Shown: piece after piece, positions 8,569 to 16,151 of the stretch
Numbering within the stretch: the first letter of the stretch is position 1
Layout: each line of letters opens with the position of its first letter
Virus record (IMG/VR): IMGVR_UViG_3300035034_001226
Span: 1-22,720 of that record
Strand: one strand, 5' to 3'
Length of the DNA stretch: 22,720 nucleotides
Source of the DNA: a virus
Position numbers and translations under genes: made by a program
Notes under the pieces: generated by a model
Told to the model about the DNA's origin: nothing
The model's input: only the letters and a program-made list of their open reading frames with translations
Databases searched by the model: none

Positions 8569-8594
8569 ATTTAAATTATCCTCTATTAATCGGA

Positions 8595-8623
8595 ATTATA
8601 ACAGATTTGGTAATTAAAATCAA
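8595..8623 (-). promoter_or_regulatory. Sigma70-type (early/middle) promoter
   Basis: TTGATT (8623-8618), 17-bp spacer, TATAAT (8600-8595) with TGn extended -10; intergenic, upstream of ATG 8568. Confidence 0.75.
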
Positions 8624-8624
8624 C

Positions 8625-9353
8625 TTAATTTGGCAATCCTGTTATAGCTAGATATTGAACATTGCCTATTGTGGTTATAACAGATTCCTGCGTTCCATCT
8701 TCAGAAAAGTTCTTAGTTGGATCAATATCAGTCCCAGCCAAAATATTTTTACGAATATTAGCTTCATCTGCATATCTCTTACCAACACTATACATCCATA
8801 CTTCAGTATAAGTTTCATCCGGTTCTTCAACTTTCCTTACTAAATATGCACCCTTTATAGCTCGTATGTTACCAGCATAATTTTTATCACTATCATCAGA
8901 CTCTTCATCACCATCAAATTCATCGTCACCCTCTTCAGATTCGCCACCAGCATCATCATCACCAGCATTCATAATATCAGATACATCATTAATATAATCA
9001 TCGTCATCAGCATCAAATTCATCATCGTCGAATTCATCATCCAAATCACGCATAAATGCCCATCCAGCGTCTGCATCAATATCGTCGATATCATCCTCAT
9101 CATTAAATTCATTTCTACGATACGAACGATCATTATAACCTAAGTGAAAATCATCCTCATCTTTATCTTTACCAAAGGTTTCATATCCATCTTTGTAGTC
9201 TGAATCGTGAGATTTTTGGGTTTTCATTCGGACTTTCATCGCTAGGTCATCACCACTGAAGAATGGGTTCTTATTAGAATTTTGATTAAATGTATCTTTA
9301 TTGCCAGCCACTCTAATTTTCTTCACCAGTTCTTGCAATCTTTTATTTGTCAT
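8625..9353 (-). CDS. Acidic late protein with globular C-terminal domain (probable virion/assembly protein)
   Basis: Track ORF 8625..9389; start moved to ATG 9353 (MTNKRLQEL) because a late promoter lies at 9377-9384. Long Asp-rich centre, then NIRAIKGAYLVRK...EVWMY domain. Confidence 0.7.
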   Translation of the reverse strand: MTNKRLQELVKKIRVAGNKDTFNQNSNKNPFFSGDDLAMKVRMKTQKSHDSDYKDGYETFGKDKDEDDFHLGYNDRSYRRNEFNDEDDIDDIDADAGWAFMRDLDDEFDDDEFDADDDDYINDVSDIMNAGDDDAGGESEEGDDEFDGDEESDDSDKNYAGNIRAIKGAYLVRKVEEPDETYTEVWMYSVGKRYADEANIRKNILAGTDIDPTKNFSEDGTQESVITTIGNVQYLAITGLPN

Positions 9354-9376
9354 AATGGGTTCTCTTAATTTAATAG

Positions 9377-9384
9377 TATTTATA
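9377..9384 (-). promoter_or_regulatory. T4-type late promoter TATAAATA
   Basis: Perfect consensus 23 nt upstream of ATG 9353. Confidence 0.7.
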
Positions 9385-9391
9385 TACAAAA

Positions 9392-9405
9392 GTATTTATA
9401 AATAC
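9392..9405. promoter_or_regulatory. Bidirectional late promoter palindrome GTATTTATAAATAC
   Basis: Perfect 14-bp palindrome containing TATAAATA on both strands, between divergent genes. Confidence 0.75.
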
Positions 9406-9431
9406 AATATACGACTTAGGATAATATACAA

Positions 9432-9752
9432 ATGACAGATAGATTTGCACCCGTTTTTATTGACATAGACACTGGTAAGAAAGTAATTTACGGCAATAGC
9501 TTAAATGAAGATTTTAATAGTTATCGTATTGAAATTGACGAGCCATCATCTCAATGGGGTATTGAACATGGTCTTGGCACTAAATCTATCATGGTTAAAG
9601 TATATTTCCATATTTCTGGTACTTCTCCAGTACAATATGAGGAAGTTATACCAGAAAGCATTATACTACAATCTGACAATCTAGTCGAGATAAACTTCGA
9701 TGAACCACAAGTTGGAGTTGTACATATGTTAATCTGGGGATTAGCACCCTAA
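9432..9752 (+). CDS. Small virion structural protein (W-x-I-x-H-x-L-G domain)
   Basis: AGGA SD and late promoter upstream. WGIEHGLGT...VIPESI...VEINFDEPQVG pattern recurs in phage tail proteins. Confidence 0.7.
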   Translation: MTDRFAPVFIDIDTGKKVIYGNSLNEDFNSYRIEIDEPSSQWGIEHGLGTKSIMVKVYFHISGTSPVQYEEVIPESIILQSDNLVEINFDEPQVGVVHMLIWGLAP

Positions 9753-9799
9753 CACATAATATTTTAATATTAAAACCAATTACATATATAATTTAATAA

Positions 9800-9807
9800 T
9801 ATAAATA
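9800..9807 (+). promoter_or_regulatory. T4-type late promoter TATAAATA
   Basis: Perfect consensus 20 nt upstream of ATG 9828, followed by an AGGA SD. Confidence 0.7.
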
Positions 9808-9827
9808 AAAGAAACATAGGATATATT

Positions 9828-10265
9828 ATGAGTAAAAAATTCCCATTAGTAGTAGAACAACACCCAGATGATTATGAGGGTTATAAATTTATAACCCTAA
9901 TACGATTCAATGATGCCAGTTCTTTGAATATTGTGGATAATGTATCCAAGAAATATATTCATGCATATGTTATTGATTTATGTGATCCTGAAGGTTATGA
10001 TGAAGATAAGTTGATACAGACTGCATATGAATGGTACAATACAAACAGTACTAGGTTCCCACTATCAATTGAACTATCTAGACGCAATATGACTAATGAA
10101 GTGCAGGGTATTCTACGTGCATACCCTATTGATTATGTTACTAGGGTTATAGGTCCACTTCCACAATTTGATATGGAAGGTCCAATAAAAGTTAGAAAGA
10201 GAAAGAGAAAGGATATTCCATCTGGTGTTGAAATAATTAACAATTCAACTACAATAAAGTTTTAA
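9828..10265 (+). CDS. Hypothetical late protein
   Basis: 145-aa ORF with SD and promoter; basic C-terminal patch KVRKRKRK; overlaps the convergent ORF by 17 nt. Confidence 0.75.
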   Translation: MSKKFPLVVEQHPDDYEGYKFITLIRFNDASSLNIVDNVSKKYIHAYVIDLCDPEGYDEDKLIQTAYEWYNTNSTRFPLSIELSRRNMTNEVQGILRAYPIDYVTRVIGPLPQFDMEGPIKVRKRKRKDIPSGVEIINNSTTIKF

Positions 10266-10608
10266 TATACTTATAATTCTCGATAGTTGTCCATTCACCT
10301 TTATCATTTTGAAATCTTCCGATTAATTCCTGACCACGATCTGTTAGTTCATTTGAATCATCTATAAGGTTTTGTGAACGTAATATATCACTACCAGTAT
10401 TAGTCAGGGTAGCTGTACGGGTACTATCATTAACTCTAATGAATCCATTCTGCTCCAATTTCTTACGTGCGGTTACCGCATTCCTAGCACCTGTAGCTAC
10501 ACTATAGGCCAATTCTGGTGAAGATGATACGTGCATTAATACAATTATAGCCTTATCGGTATTATCTAATTCTAAACGCTCGGTTAGTATTTCTTTAAGT
10601 GATTTCAT
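10249..10608 (-). CDS. Winged-helix-like protein with pro-peptide-like N-terminus
   Basis: Track ORF 10249..10623; likely start MKSLKEILTE at 10608. L..NGFI...ATLTNTG and NLI...ELTDRG are wHTH wing signatures. Confidence 0.55.
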   Translation of the reverse strand: MKSLKEILTERLELDNTDKAIIVLMHVSSSPELAYSVATGARNAVTARKKLEQNGFIRVNDSTRTATLTNTGSDILRSQNLIDDSNELTDRGQELIGRFQNDKGEWTTIENYKYIKTLL

Positions 10609-11173
10609 ATTTACCCATTTCAATTAAGTGAAGTTGAAGAACTATTAATATGGCGTATGGGATAGCATGAGCTTTTCTCATATCTTCTGGCATCCGCTTT
10701 GTGTATAACTCTACCCTATATTTATCTGGGTCTTCCATATATTTATACAATAATGGACGTTTGTTGGGACGAATTAATGCAAACACATCTGCAAGCTCCA
10801 ATATTGAACGTGGTTTAACTATAGAAATTATATCAAAATGATTACCCAAATGGAATAAATTCTTAACAACATTTTCATCATTTAGTAAATCCCAATCAGG
10901 TTCAATATCTTGCAATTCCCTCATTTGTTCCTTAGATTCGAATTTATCAAGAAGATGTACAGGTAAAAAATCAATCTTATAATATCCCATATCTTCAGTT
11001 TTCTTATATGGTATTGCTGATAATCCAGTAACATTATCCACTGGTATATCTTGAAAATAATATCCAACAATATGTTTCATCAACTTTCCATCGGTTACCA
11101 TAGATGCTGAAACTAGATTATTAAAAACCGTATCAATCTCTAAGTTTGGGGGTATGTCTATATCAATGTCCAT
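10595..11173 (-). CDS. dnaE: DNA polymerase III alpha (DnaE)-like protein, C-terminal catalytic fragment
   Basis: MDIDID (= PDxDxD), KHIVGYY (= HAGGVVI), GYYKIDFL (= GLVKFDFL), KPRSILELADVFALIRP (= LQPDCFEDMIALVALFRP), KAHAIPYA (= KSHSAAYA), all in DnaE order. Confidence 0.85.
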   Translation of the reverse strand: MDIDIDIPPNLEIDTVFNNLVSASMVTDGKLMKHIVGYYFQDIPVDNVTGLSAIPYKKTEDMGYYKIDFLPVHLLDKFESKEQMRELQDIEPDWDLLNDENVVKNLFHLGNHFDIISIVKPRSILELADVFALIRPNKRPLLYKYMEDPDKYRVELYTKRMPEDMRKAHAIPYAILIVLQLHLIEMGKYEIT

Positions 11174-11895
11174 TAAAAGTTATCCAAAACATACTCTATA
11201 TCCGAAATGTTACTTGCTTCTTTGATTTCCCTTTGGGCTTTAATATACTCGCTTTCTATTTCTACCCATGCTGCTATAGTATTGCGTTGCTTAGTCAATA
11301 CACTATTTGCAATATTATCTATGGGTTTATCTAATTCCGTTGCTAACACTTCAAGGAGTGGGAAGCTAGTTCCGTTATCAGCCAAATAATCAACCGCTTG
11401 ATTCAATCTCTCATTATATATGTACATTATTTCTTGTGGGGGTGATACTTCACTTATTCTGTTACGATACATATGAGTTAAAATTACTGTTCCTATTTCT
11501 AAAGCTTCAGAAAAATCTCGTGCATGGTCTAAGGTTGTCTCGGAGTCACTATCAATTACTTCTTTAAAACTAGTTTCATGACGAATTAACTCTCTAATTC
11601 TATTGTCAATATCCAGTGTGGATATTATCCCACCGTCACGTAAAATAAGCTTTCTGTCACGATTATATTCATTAATTGGCTTATTTTCATTAAGAAAATT
11701 TAATTTAACAACTGCATCTAATGGTGCATCTAATAGATCATCATTAACATTACGTAGATTCTCACGCCATATAACCCATTCCTGAACACATTGCTCAGTA
11801 AGCCTAGTATCAGACAACTGCGTCCAATCAGTACGAGATAGCATTGTATCACGCCTACTGTTTATATCTCTCCATCCAACCTTTTCATTATCCAT
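11173..11895 (-). CDS. Tail fibre assembly chaperone-like protein (two domains)
   Basis: RDTMLSRTDWTQLSD...WVIWRENLRNV matches the phage tail assembly chaperone motif (R..LL..TDWTQL.D...W..YR..LRD). The C-terminal half (QAVDYL...PLLEVLA....IDNIANSVL) resembles a second fibre-chaperone family. AGGTGA SD. Confidence 0.65.
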   Translation of the reverse strand: MDNEKVGWRDINSRRDTMLSRTDWTQLSDTRLTEQCVQEWVIWRENLRNVNDDLLDAPLDAVVKLNFLNENKPINEYNRDRKLILRDGGIISTLDIDNRIRELIRHETSFKEVIDSDSETTLDHARDFSEALEIGTVILTHMYRNRISEVSPPQEIMYIYNERLNQAVDYLADNGTSFPLLEVLATELDKPIDNIANSVLTKQRNTIAAWVEIESEYIKAQREIKEASNISDIEYVLDNF

Positions 11896-11906
11896 TTATA
11901 TCACCT

Positions 11907-12581
11907 TTATAAGTCTAGTGCCCTAATATATGATTTCATTTGTTTCAAATCTTCAGGGTTATCCTTGAAATATTTATCCCATTTCTTCGGATTTAATAAT
12001 TCACTTGCTAGTACTTGCTGTTCACGAGTCATACCTGTCCTCAAATATCCCATAAATTTCTTTGAAGTTAGTAATAGACATGGCATTAATTTTCTAGCTT
12101 GAATAATGCGTATTGTTGATGATGGTTCTATATGACGAAAAACTTCACCTGTCTCACAATCAAAAATTTTAGATAGCTCGAAAATAGTATCAACTGTAAC
12201 TTCACATTGCTCACGTAATGTCATTATGTCAAATATGTTAGTTATGTAATGATCATATACAATGTGTTGACACCAATCCTTTGGATGGATATCCATATCT
12301 ACCATTACTTCCATATACCTTTTTAGATTAGGTATAGCCATCTTTCTAGAGTATTCAGCAAAACGCATCATAGGTTTAAAATGCCTAGAGTTTAAGAAAT
12401 CATCCATACTATCATTCTGATGACGCTTTAACGATGTCCACTCTTGATAATTAAAAAAAGCACTTTTCCCATTATTTGTTTGTAGTAACTTTGCACGTTT
12501 CATTTGTTCACAATTATGCCGTTTCATGTAGGCAGGGCTTGTAAAATTTTTTAAACAATAGTTACACTGTAATAGGCTCAT
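11907..12581 (-). CDS. Zinc-finger protein (C2HC) of unknown function
   Basis: N-terminal CNYC...F......RHNC; ATGA overlap with the clamp-loader subunit gene. Confidence 0.7.
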   Translation of the reverse strand: MSLLQCNYCLKNFTSPAYMKRHNCEQMKRAKLLQTNNGKSAFFNYQEWTSLKRHQNDSMDDFLNSRHFKPMMRFAEYSRKMAIPNLKRYMEVMVDMDIHPKDWCQHIVYDHYITNIFDIMTLREQCEVTVDTIFELSKIFDCETGEVFRHIEPSSTIRIIQARKLMPCLLLTSKKFMGYLRTGMTREQQVLASELLNPKKWDKYFKDNPEDLKQMKSYIRALDL

Positions 12582-13036
12582 TTAAATTCTTTTTTTATTT
12601 TCGCAATAGTCTCTTTTTGTTCACCTAGATTATTAGACAAAGAAATAATATCATCACAATCTAATATACCAATATATTCACGTGCTGTCTGAGTGCTACA
12701 ATTATACGTGCGTCTAATTATATCACATGATGTGGCATATTTCTTACTTGCTGTTTTCTTTTTTATATAATTATATTTCTTAGGTTTACCATCACTGGAA
12801 ACACATGCAAGTTTATATAATAACCCTTTATGTTTATCCGATAATTCAAATACATTCATATTTAGAAATGCATTAAGTTGCAGTAGTTGTAATTCTGAGT
12901 TACAACCACCCATCCACAACATAACCACGTATGGATATAACGTCTTTTGTTCATCAGGTGATAATGACTCATAATATTCTATATTAAAACCATCAACGTT
13001 CTTCAGAACTTCAAAAATATCAACTTTATTATTCAT
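12578..13036 (-). CDS. Clamp loader A subunit (T4 gp62-like)
   Basis: YPYVVMLWM...LN...HKGLLY...KKYNYIKK...IIRRTYNCSTQTAREYIGIL parallels gp62; size and position downstream of the gp44-like gene agree. Confidence 0.65.
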   Translation of the reverse strand: MNNKVDIFEVLKNVDGFNIEYYESLSPDEQKTLYPYVVMLWMGGCNSELQLLQLNAFLNMNVFELSDKHKGLLYKLACVSSDGKPKKYNYIKKKTASKKYATSCDIIRRTYNCSTQTAREYIGILDCDDIISLSNNLGEQKETIAKIKKEFK

Positions 13037-13346
13037 TAATTGTTAAATAACATCCACAAAATTTACATTGTACCCTACCTTCCCATAATACTAACTGGTC
13101 TTTTGGATGAATACAGTCCTTAATCATTTCCTCACGTAATTCATGTACCTTGTCCATGATGGGTTGTTTCTTCATGGAGATTGCAAGCATTTCATCTTCT
13201 AAAGGTTGAAGTTCTGCAATTAACTTAACCATTTTATCCCGCTTTCTGCGCCATGATAGTTTATGGTTCTTATCAGCTACCCTTGAAACTTTATCAAAAA
13301 TCTCATTTTCACTAGCGTATTGTTTGGATTCTAATTCATCTGACAT
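13029..13346 (-). CDS. Coiled-coil protein with C-terminal Zn-ribbon (CxH...CxxC)
   Basis: 105 aa; CIHP...VQCKFCG; TAATG coupling to the gp44-like gene. Confidence 0.7.
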   Translation of the reverse strand: MSDELESKQYASENEIFDKVSRVADKNHKLSWRRKRDKMVKLIAELQPLEDEMLAISMKKQPIMDKVHELREEMIKDCIHPKDQLVLWEGRVQCKFCGCYLTINE

Positions 13347-14281
13347 TATTTTACTACTCCTGATAGTTTAATCATACATGCTGTGAAATTTATCTCAGGG
13401 TCAGCAACCATCCCGTGGAATCTTAAATGTTCAGCTATGATTAGAATGCCCTTTTTCCAATTCATTGCGTCATCAAACCCCTCAACTTCATCTAAATAAT
13501 CGTATAGAAATGTATATATTTCTTCCCAATCTGATCCCTCAATTCCTGATACAATATTTGCTCTGACTTCCATCCATCTACCTTTATTCAATTCCTCAAT
13601 AATTGATACCATTAATGCATCATTATCAGAGACTTCTTCAAGGCTTTTAAGATGACCATCACGTGAATTTATTTCTAGGTTCTGTAGAAGTTTACGCATG
13701 TCTGGATAAGCATCATCAACATATTCCATTAATACTTCAGCAGAACTAACTTCAACACCTTCTGCCTTAAGTATCTTATACGAATGAACTGCCATATCCT
13801 TTTTATTGAAATCTTTAAATTCAAGAATTGTACATCTTGACTTCAATTCAGGGATTATCTTATGTGGTTTATTACAAGTTAGGATAAATCTAACATTATC
13901 GGAATGCTTTTCCATCATTGCTCGTAATGCACCTTGAGCATTCTGTGTAAGAAAGTCAGCTTCATCTAGAAATATGATTCTTAAACCACCACCAAGGGCC
14001 ATATTAGATGCAAATGACTTAATTGTAGTTCTAATGGATTCAACAGAATTATCATCAGATGCGTTTTGTATTTTAAAATCACAATTTTCAACACCTAATT
14101 CATTCTTAAGAATATGGGCTAATGATGTTTTCCCTGTACCCCTATGACCCTGTAATAATAGGTGGGGTATAGATTTTTCTGAAATGAACTTCTCGATTAA
14201 TTCCTTTTGGGATTCATTCTGAAATACGTATTCTTTTATTGTGGAAGGTCGATGAGATTCAACCCATAATTTTTTTGGCAT
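13346..14281 (-). CDS. Clamp loader AAA+ subunit (T4 gp44 / RFC small subunit)
   Basis: WVESHRP (RFC box II), Walker A GHRGTGKT, NASD, Walker B LDEAD, AQGALR, FILTCN, SRC arginine finger, DMRK. Confidence 0.95.
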   Translation of the reverse strand: MPKKLWVESHRPSTIKEYVFQNESQKELIEKFISEKSIPHLLLQGHRGTGKTSLAHILKNELGVENCDFKIQNASDDNSVESIRTTIKSFASNMALGGGLRIIFLDEADFLTQNAQGALRAMMEKHSDNVRFILTCNKPHKIIPELKSRCTILEFKDFNKKDMAVHSYKILKAEGVEVSSAEVLMEYVDDAYPDMRKLLQNLEINSRDGHLKSLEEVSDNDALMVSIIEELNKGRWMEVRANIVSGIEGSDWEEIYTFLYDYLDEVEGFDDAMNWKKGILIIAEHLRFHGMVADPEINFTACMIKLSGVVK

Positions 14282-14307
14282 TTATTAGAGTCCTTTATTA
14301 TCTGGAC

Positions 14308-14336
14308 ATTATATACCATAGTGGGAATTAAATCAA
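14308..14336 (-). promoter_or_regulatory. Sigma70-type (early/middle) promoter
   Basis: TTGATT (14336-14331), 17-bp spacer, TATAAT (14313-14308), then AAGGA SD before the clamp-loader ATG. Confidence 0.75.
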
Positions 14337-15373
14337 GACTTTTTTGGAGTTCGCATATCGTCTAATATTGAACTTTTAGATTTGGATTGAGATGCCATTA
14401 ACGATTCTACACTATCACTAATTTTTCCCATAACGAGTAACATATCATCTTTATCTTTAGATGATTCCTGTTTATTTTCTTCCACCATGTTCTCAAAATA
14501 CTCTTTCATGGTCGATAACTCTTCATTAATATCAGTTTGTTGCTCTGGTTCTGATTGTACCATAGTTTCTCCGATAGAATCAACATCTTCTTCAATATCT
14601 ACTTTCTTATTTAAATATTTGTTCTTATAACCATTCTTCATAAAGGTATGGTTGGCACACATTAGCAATACAATTGCCATTGGGTCAAATACAAAAATGA
14701 ATGCTAGTATTAGATATCTAGCAGCTTCTTCAGTTCTATCATTACCTTCACCGAATAATACATCAGCAACATACTTAATTGGACCCAACTCTATTTCAAT
14801 TGCCTTAAGCTGCACCTGCAATTCAAGTTTTTCATTCTCTAATGTGTTTATGGTACTCTGTGAACTTTCAATAATTGAGTTAAGTTCTTCTCTCTGGGGT
14901 TTCTGACGCTCTCTCACGGCTCTTGCACCGTTCTCTTCATCTGATATCTTGGCATACTCTATAAGGGTGTTGACAGTGGTATCAAGCTGACTGATGAGTT
15001 GCCTAGCATCATCTATCTTGTATTGTTCAGTTGCGATTCTCTGCTCAAGGCGATTTATATTTAATTCATTATTTGCAACTGGGGTTTTTTGTTCAATATG
15101 TGCTTTAGATAATGTCCCAAAAATTCCAGAACTTGTTAAGAGTAATGCTACTAGAATTAATGGTAGACATATGTACTTTAATATAGTTTCATCATTCCAT
15201 GAACGATAAGCCCAAGCAATGGCTACAAGCTTACCTAATTCAATTACTATGCCCATAGCTAATCCGTAAACCACATTACCAGCAAAAAACGCCATGATAC
15301 CAGTTACTGCAAACCATGCAGCAACTGAAGCCATAGCTAAAGATGTAAGTAAAACTAGTATTCCGAATAACAT
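14333..15373 (-). CDS. Multi-pass membrane protein with long coiled coil
   Basis: Three N-terminal hydrophobic helices (with IELGKL), a coiled coil of about 110 aa, a fourth TM with FVFDPMAI, and an acidic tail. Confidence 0.8.
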   Translation of the reverse strand: MLFGILVLLTSLAMASVAAWFAVTGIMAFFAGNVVYGLAMGIVIELGKLVAIAWAYRSWNDETILKYICLPLILVALLLTSSGIFGTLSKAHIEQKTPVANNELNINRLEQRIATEQYKIDDARQLISQLDTTVNTLIEYAKISDEENGARAVRERQKPQREELNSIIESSQSTINTLENEKLELQVQLKAIEIELGPIKYVADVLFGEGNDRTEEAARYLILAFIFVFDPMAIVLLMCANHTFMKNGYKNKYLNKKVDIEEDVDSIGETMVQSEPEQQTDINEELSTMKEYFENMVEENKQESSKDKDDMLLVMGKISDSVESLMASQSKSKSSILDDMRTPKKS

Positions 15374-15378
15374 ATTGT

Positions 15379-15386
15379 TATTTATA
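15379..15386 (-). promoter_or_regulatory. T4-type late promoter TATAAATA (candidate leaderless start)
   Basis: Perfect consensus occupying the 13-nt gap, 5 nt before ATG 15373. Confidence 0.55.
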
Positions 15387-15713
15387 TTATGCTAGTTCTT
15401 TAGGTAGGTTTTTGGGATCATCCCAAGTTGCTAAAATTGCAGACTGCTGAGTGACCCAATATACTTTATTTCGCATTTGTATACTGGGTGTCCACTGTAA
15501 TGCTTCAATCAATACAACATCATCAGGTTCAAAATCCTCAACGTCAGGCCCAGTGTTTATAATCATACCCCATCTGTTATTCTTTGCCTGTTTAGAACTA
15601 TCAGCAACTAATAACACACCAGCCGCTGTCTTTTCATTAAATTTACCATTTGTAACATCTTCTATAAATTTAAAAACGATTTGATCTTTAATTGCTTGTA
15701 GTTCGACTGTCAT
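15387..15713 (-). CDS. groES: Co-chaperonin GroES/Cpn10-like (functional analogue of T4 gp31)
   Basis: LQAIKDQIVF (= LxPLxDRVxV), mobile loop EKTAAGVLL, GMIINTGPD, PDDVVL, ILA; 108 aa. Confidence 0.85.
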   Translation of the reverse strand: MTVELQAIKDQIVFKFIEDVTNGKFNEKTAAGVLLVADSSKQAKNNRWGMIINTGPDVEDFEPDDVVLIEALQWTPSIQMRNKVYWVTQQSAILATWDDPKNLPKELA

Positions 15714-15715
15714 AA

Positions 15716-16108
15716 TTATCCTTTATTTTTTACTATTCTTTTTTTGCCTTGTCTGGCCTCTTTGGTCACTTCGGGTGTTTCATCAGGTGTTTCTTCAACA
15801 CCTTCATCAACATTAGTTACAACCTTATCTTCCGACAATTCAGCAGAATTAACTTTTTCATTTTCAGCATCCTTTCGGTTTTGCTTACTTTTACGCATTT
15901 TTTCACGAGCATCTGCTACATTTTTATTTTGTTCAGCTTCAAGATCAGCAACACTTCTACGTGGATTTCTCCTACGCTTTATATCAATGTATTGTTCTCG
16001 ATTCTCAACACCATTTGTCTTTCTACGGCGTTCCATACTAGCCTTGACCTCCAAAAGATCAAAATCTACTATTTCACCGCGAATACTTCTTGTTGTTTTC
16101 TTTGACAT
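15716..16108 (-). CDS. Hypothetical late protein
   Basis: 130 aa; GAGGA SD; N-terminal RSIRGEIVDFDLL; basic then acidic low-complexity tail. Confidence 0.75.
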   Translation of the reverse strand: MSKKTTRSIRGEIVDFDLLEVKASMERRRKTNGVENREQYIDIKRRRNPRRSVADLEAEQNKNVADAREKMRKSKQNRKDAENEKVNSAELSEDKVVTNVDEGVEETPDETPEVTKEARQGKKRIVKNKG

Positions 16109-16135
16109 TTATAATCCTCATCTAGATATGATTAG

Positions 16136-16143
16136 TATTTATC
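16136..16143 (-). promoter_or_regulatory. Near-consensus late promoter GATAAATA
   Basis: Intergenic, 27 nt upstream of ATG 16108; would drive the hypothetical + groES pair. Confidence 0.55.
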
Positions 16144-16151
16144 ATTCCCCC

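Noticed and set aside
9762-9775. Perfect palindrome TTTTAATATTAAAA
   Set aside because: All A/T within a very AT-rich gap; expected by chance and too weak for a terminator.
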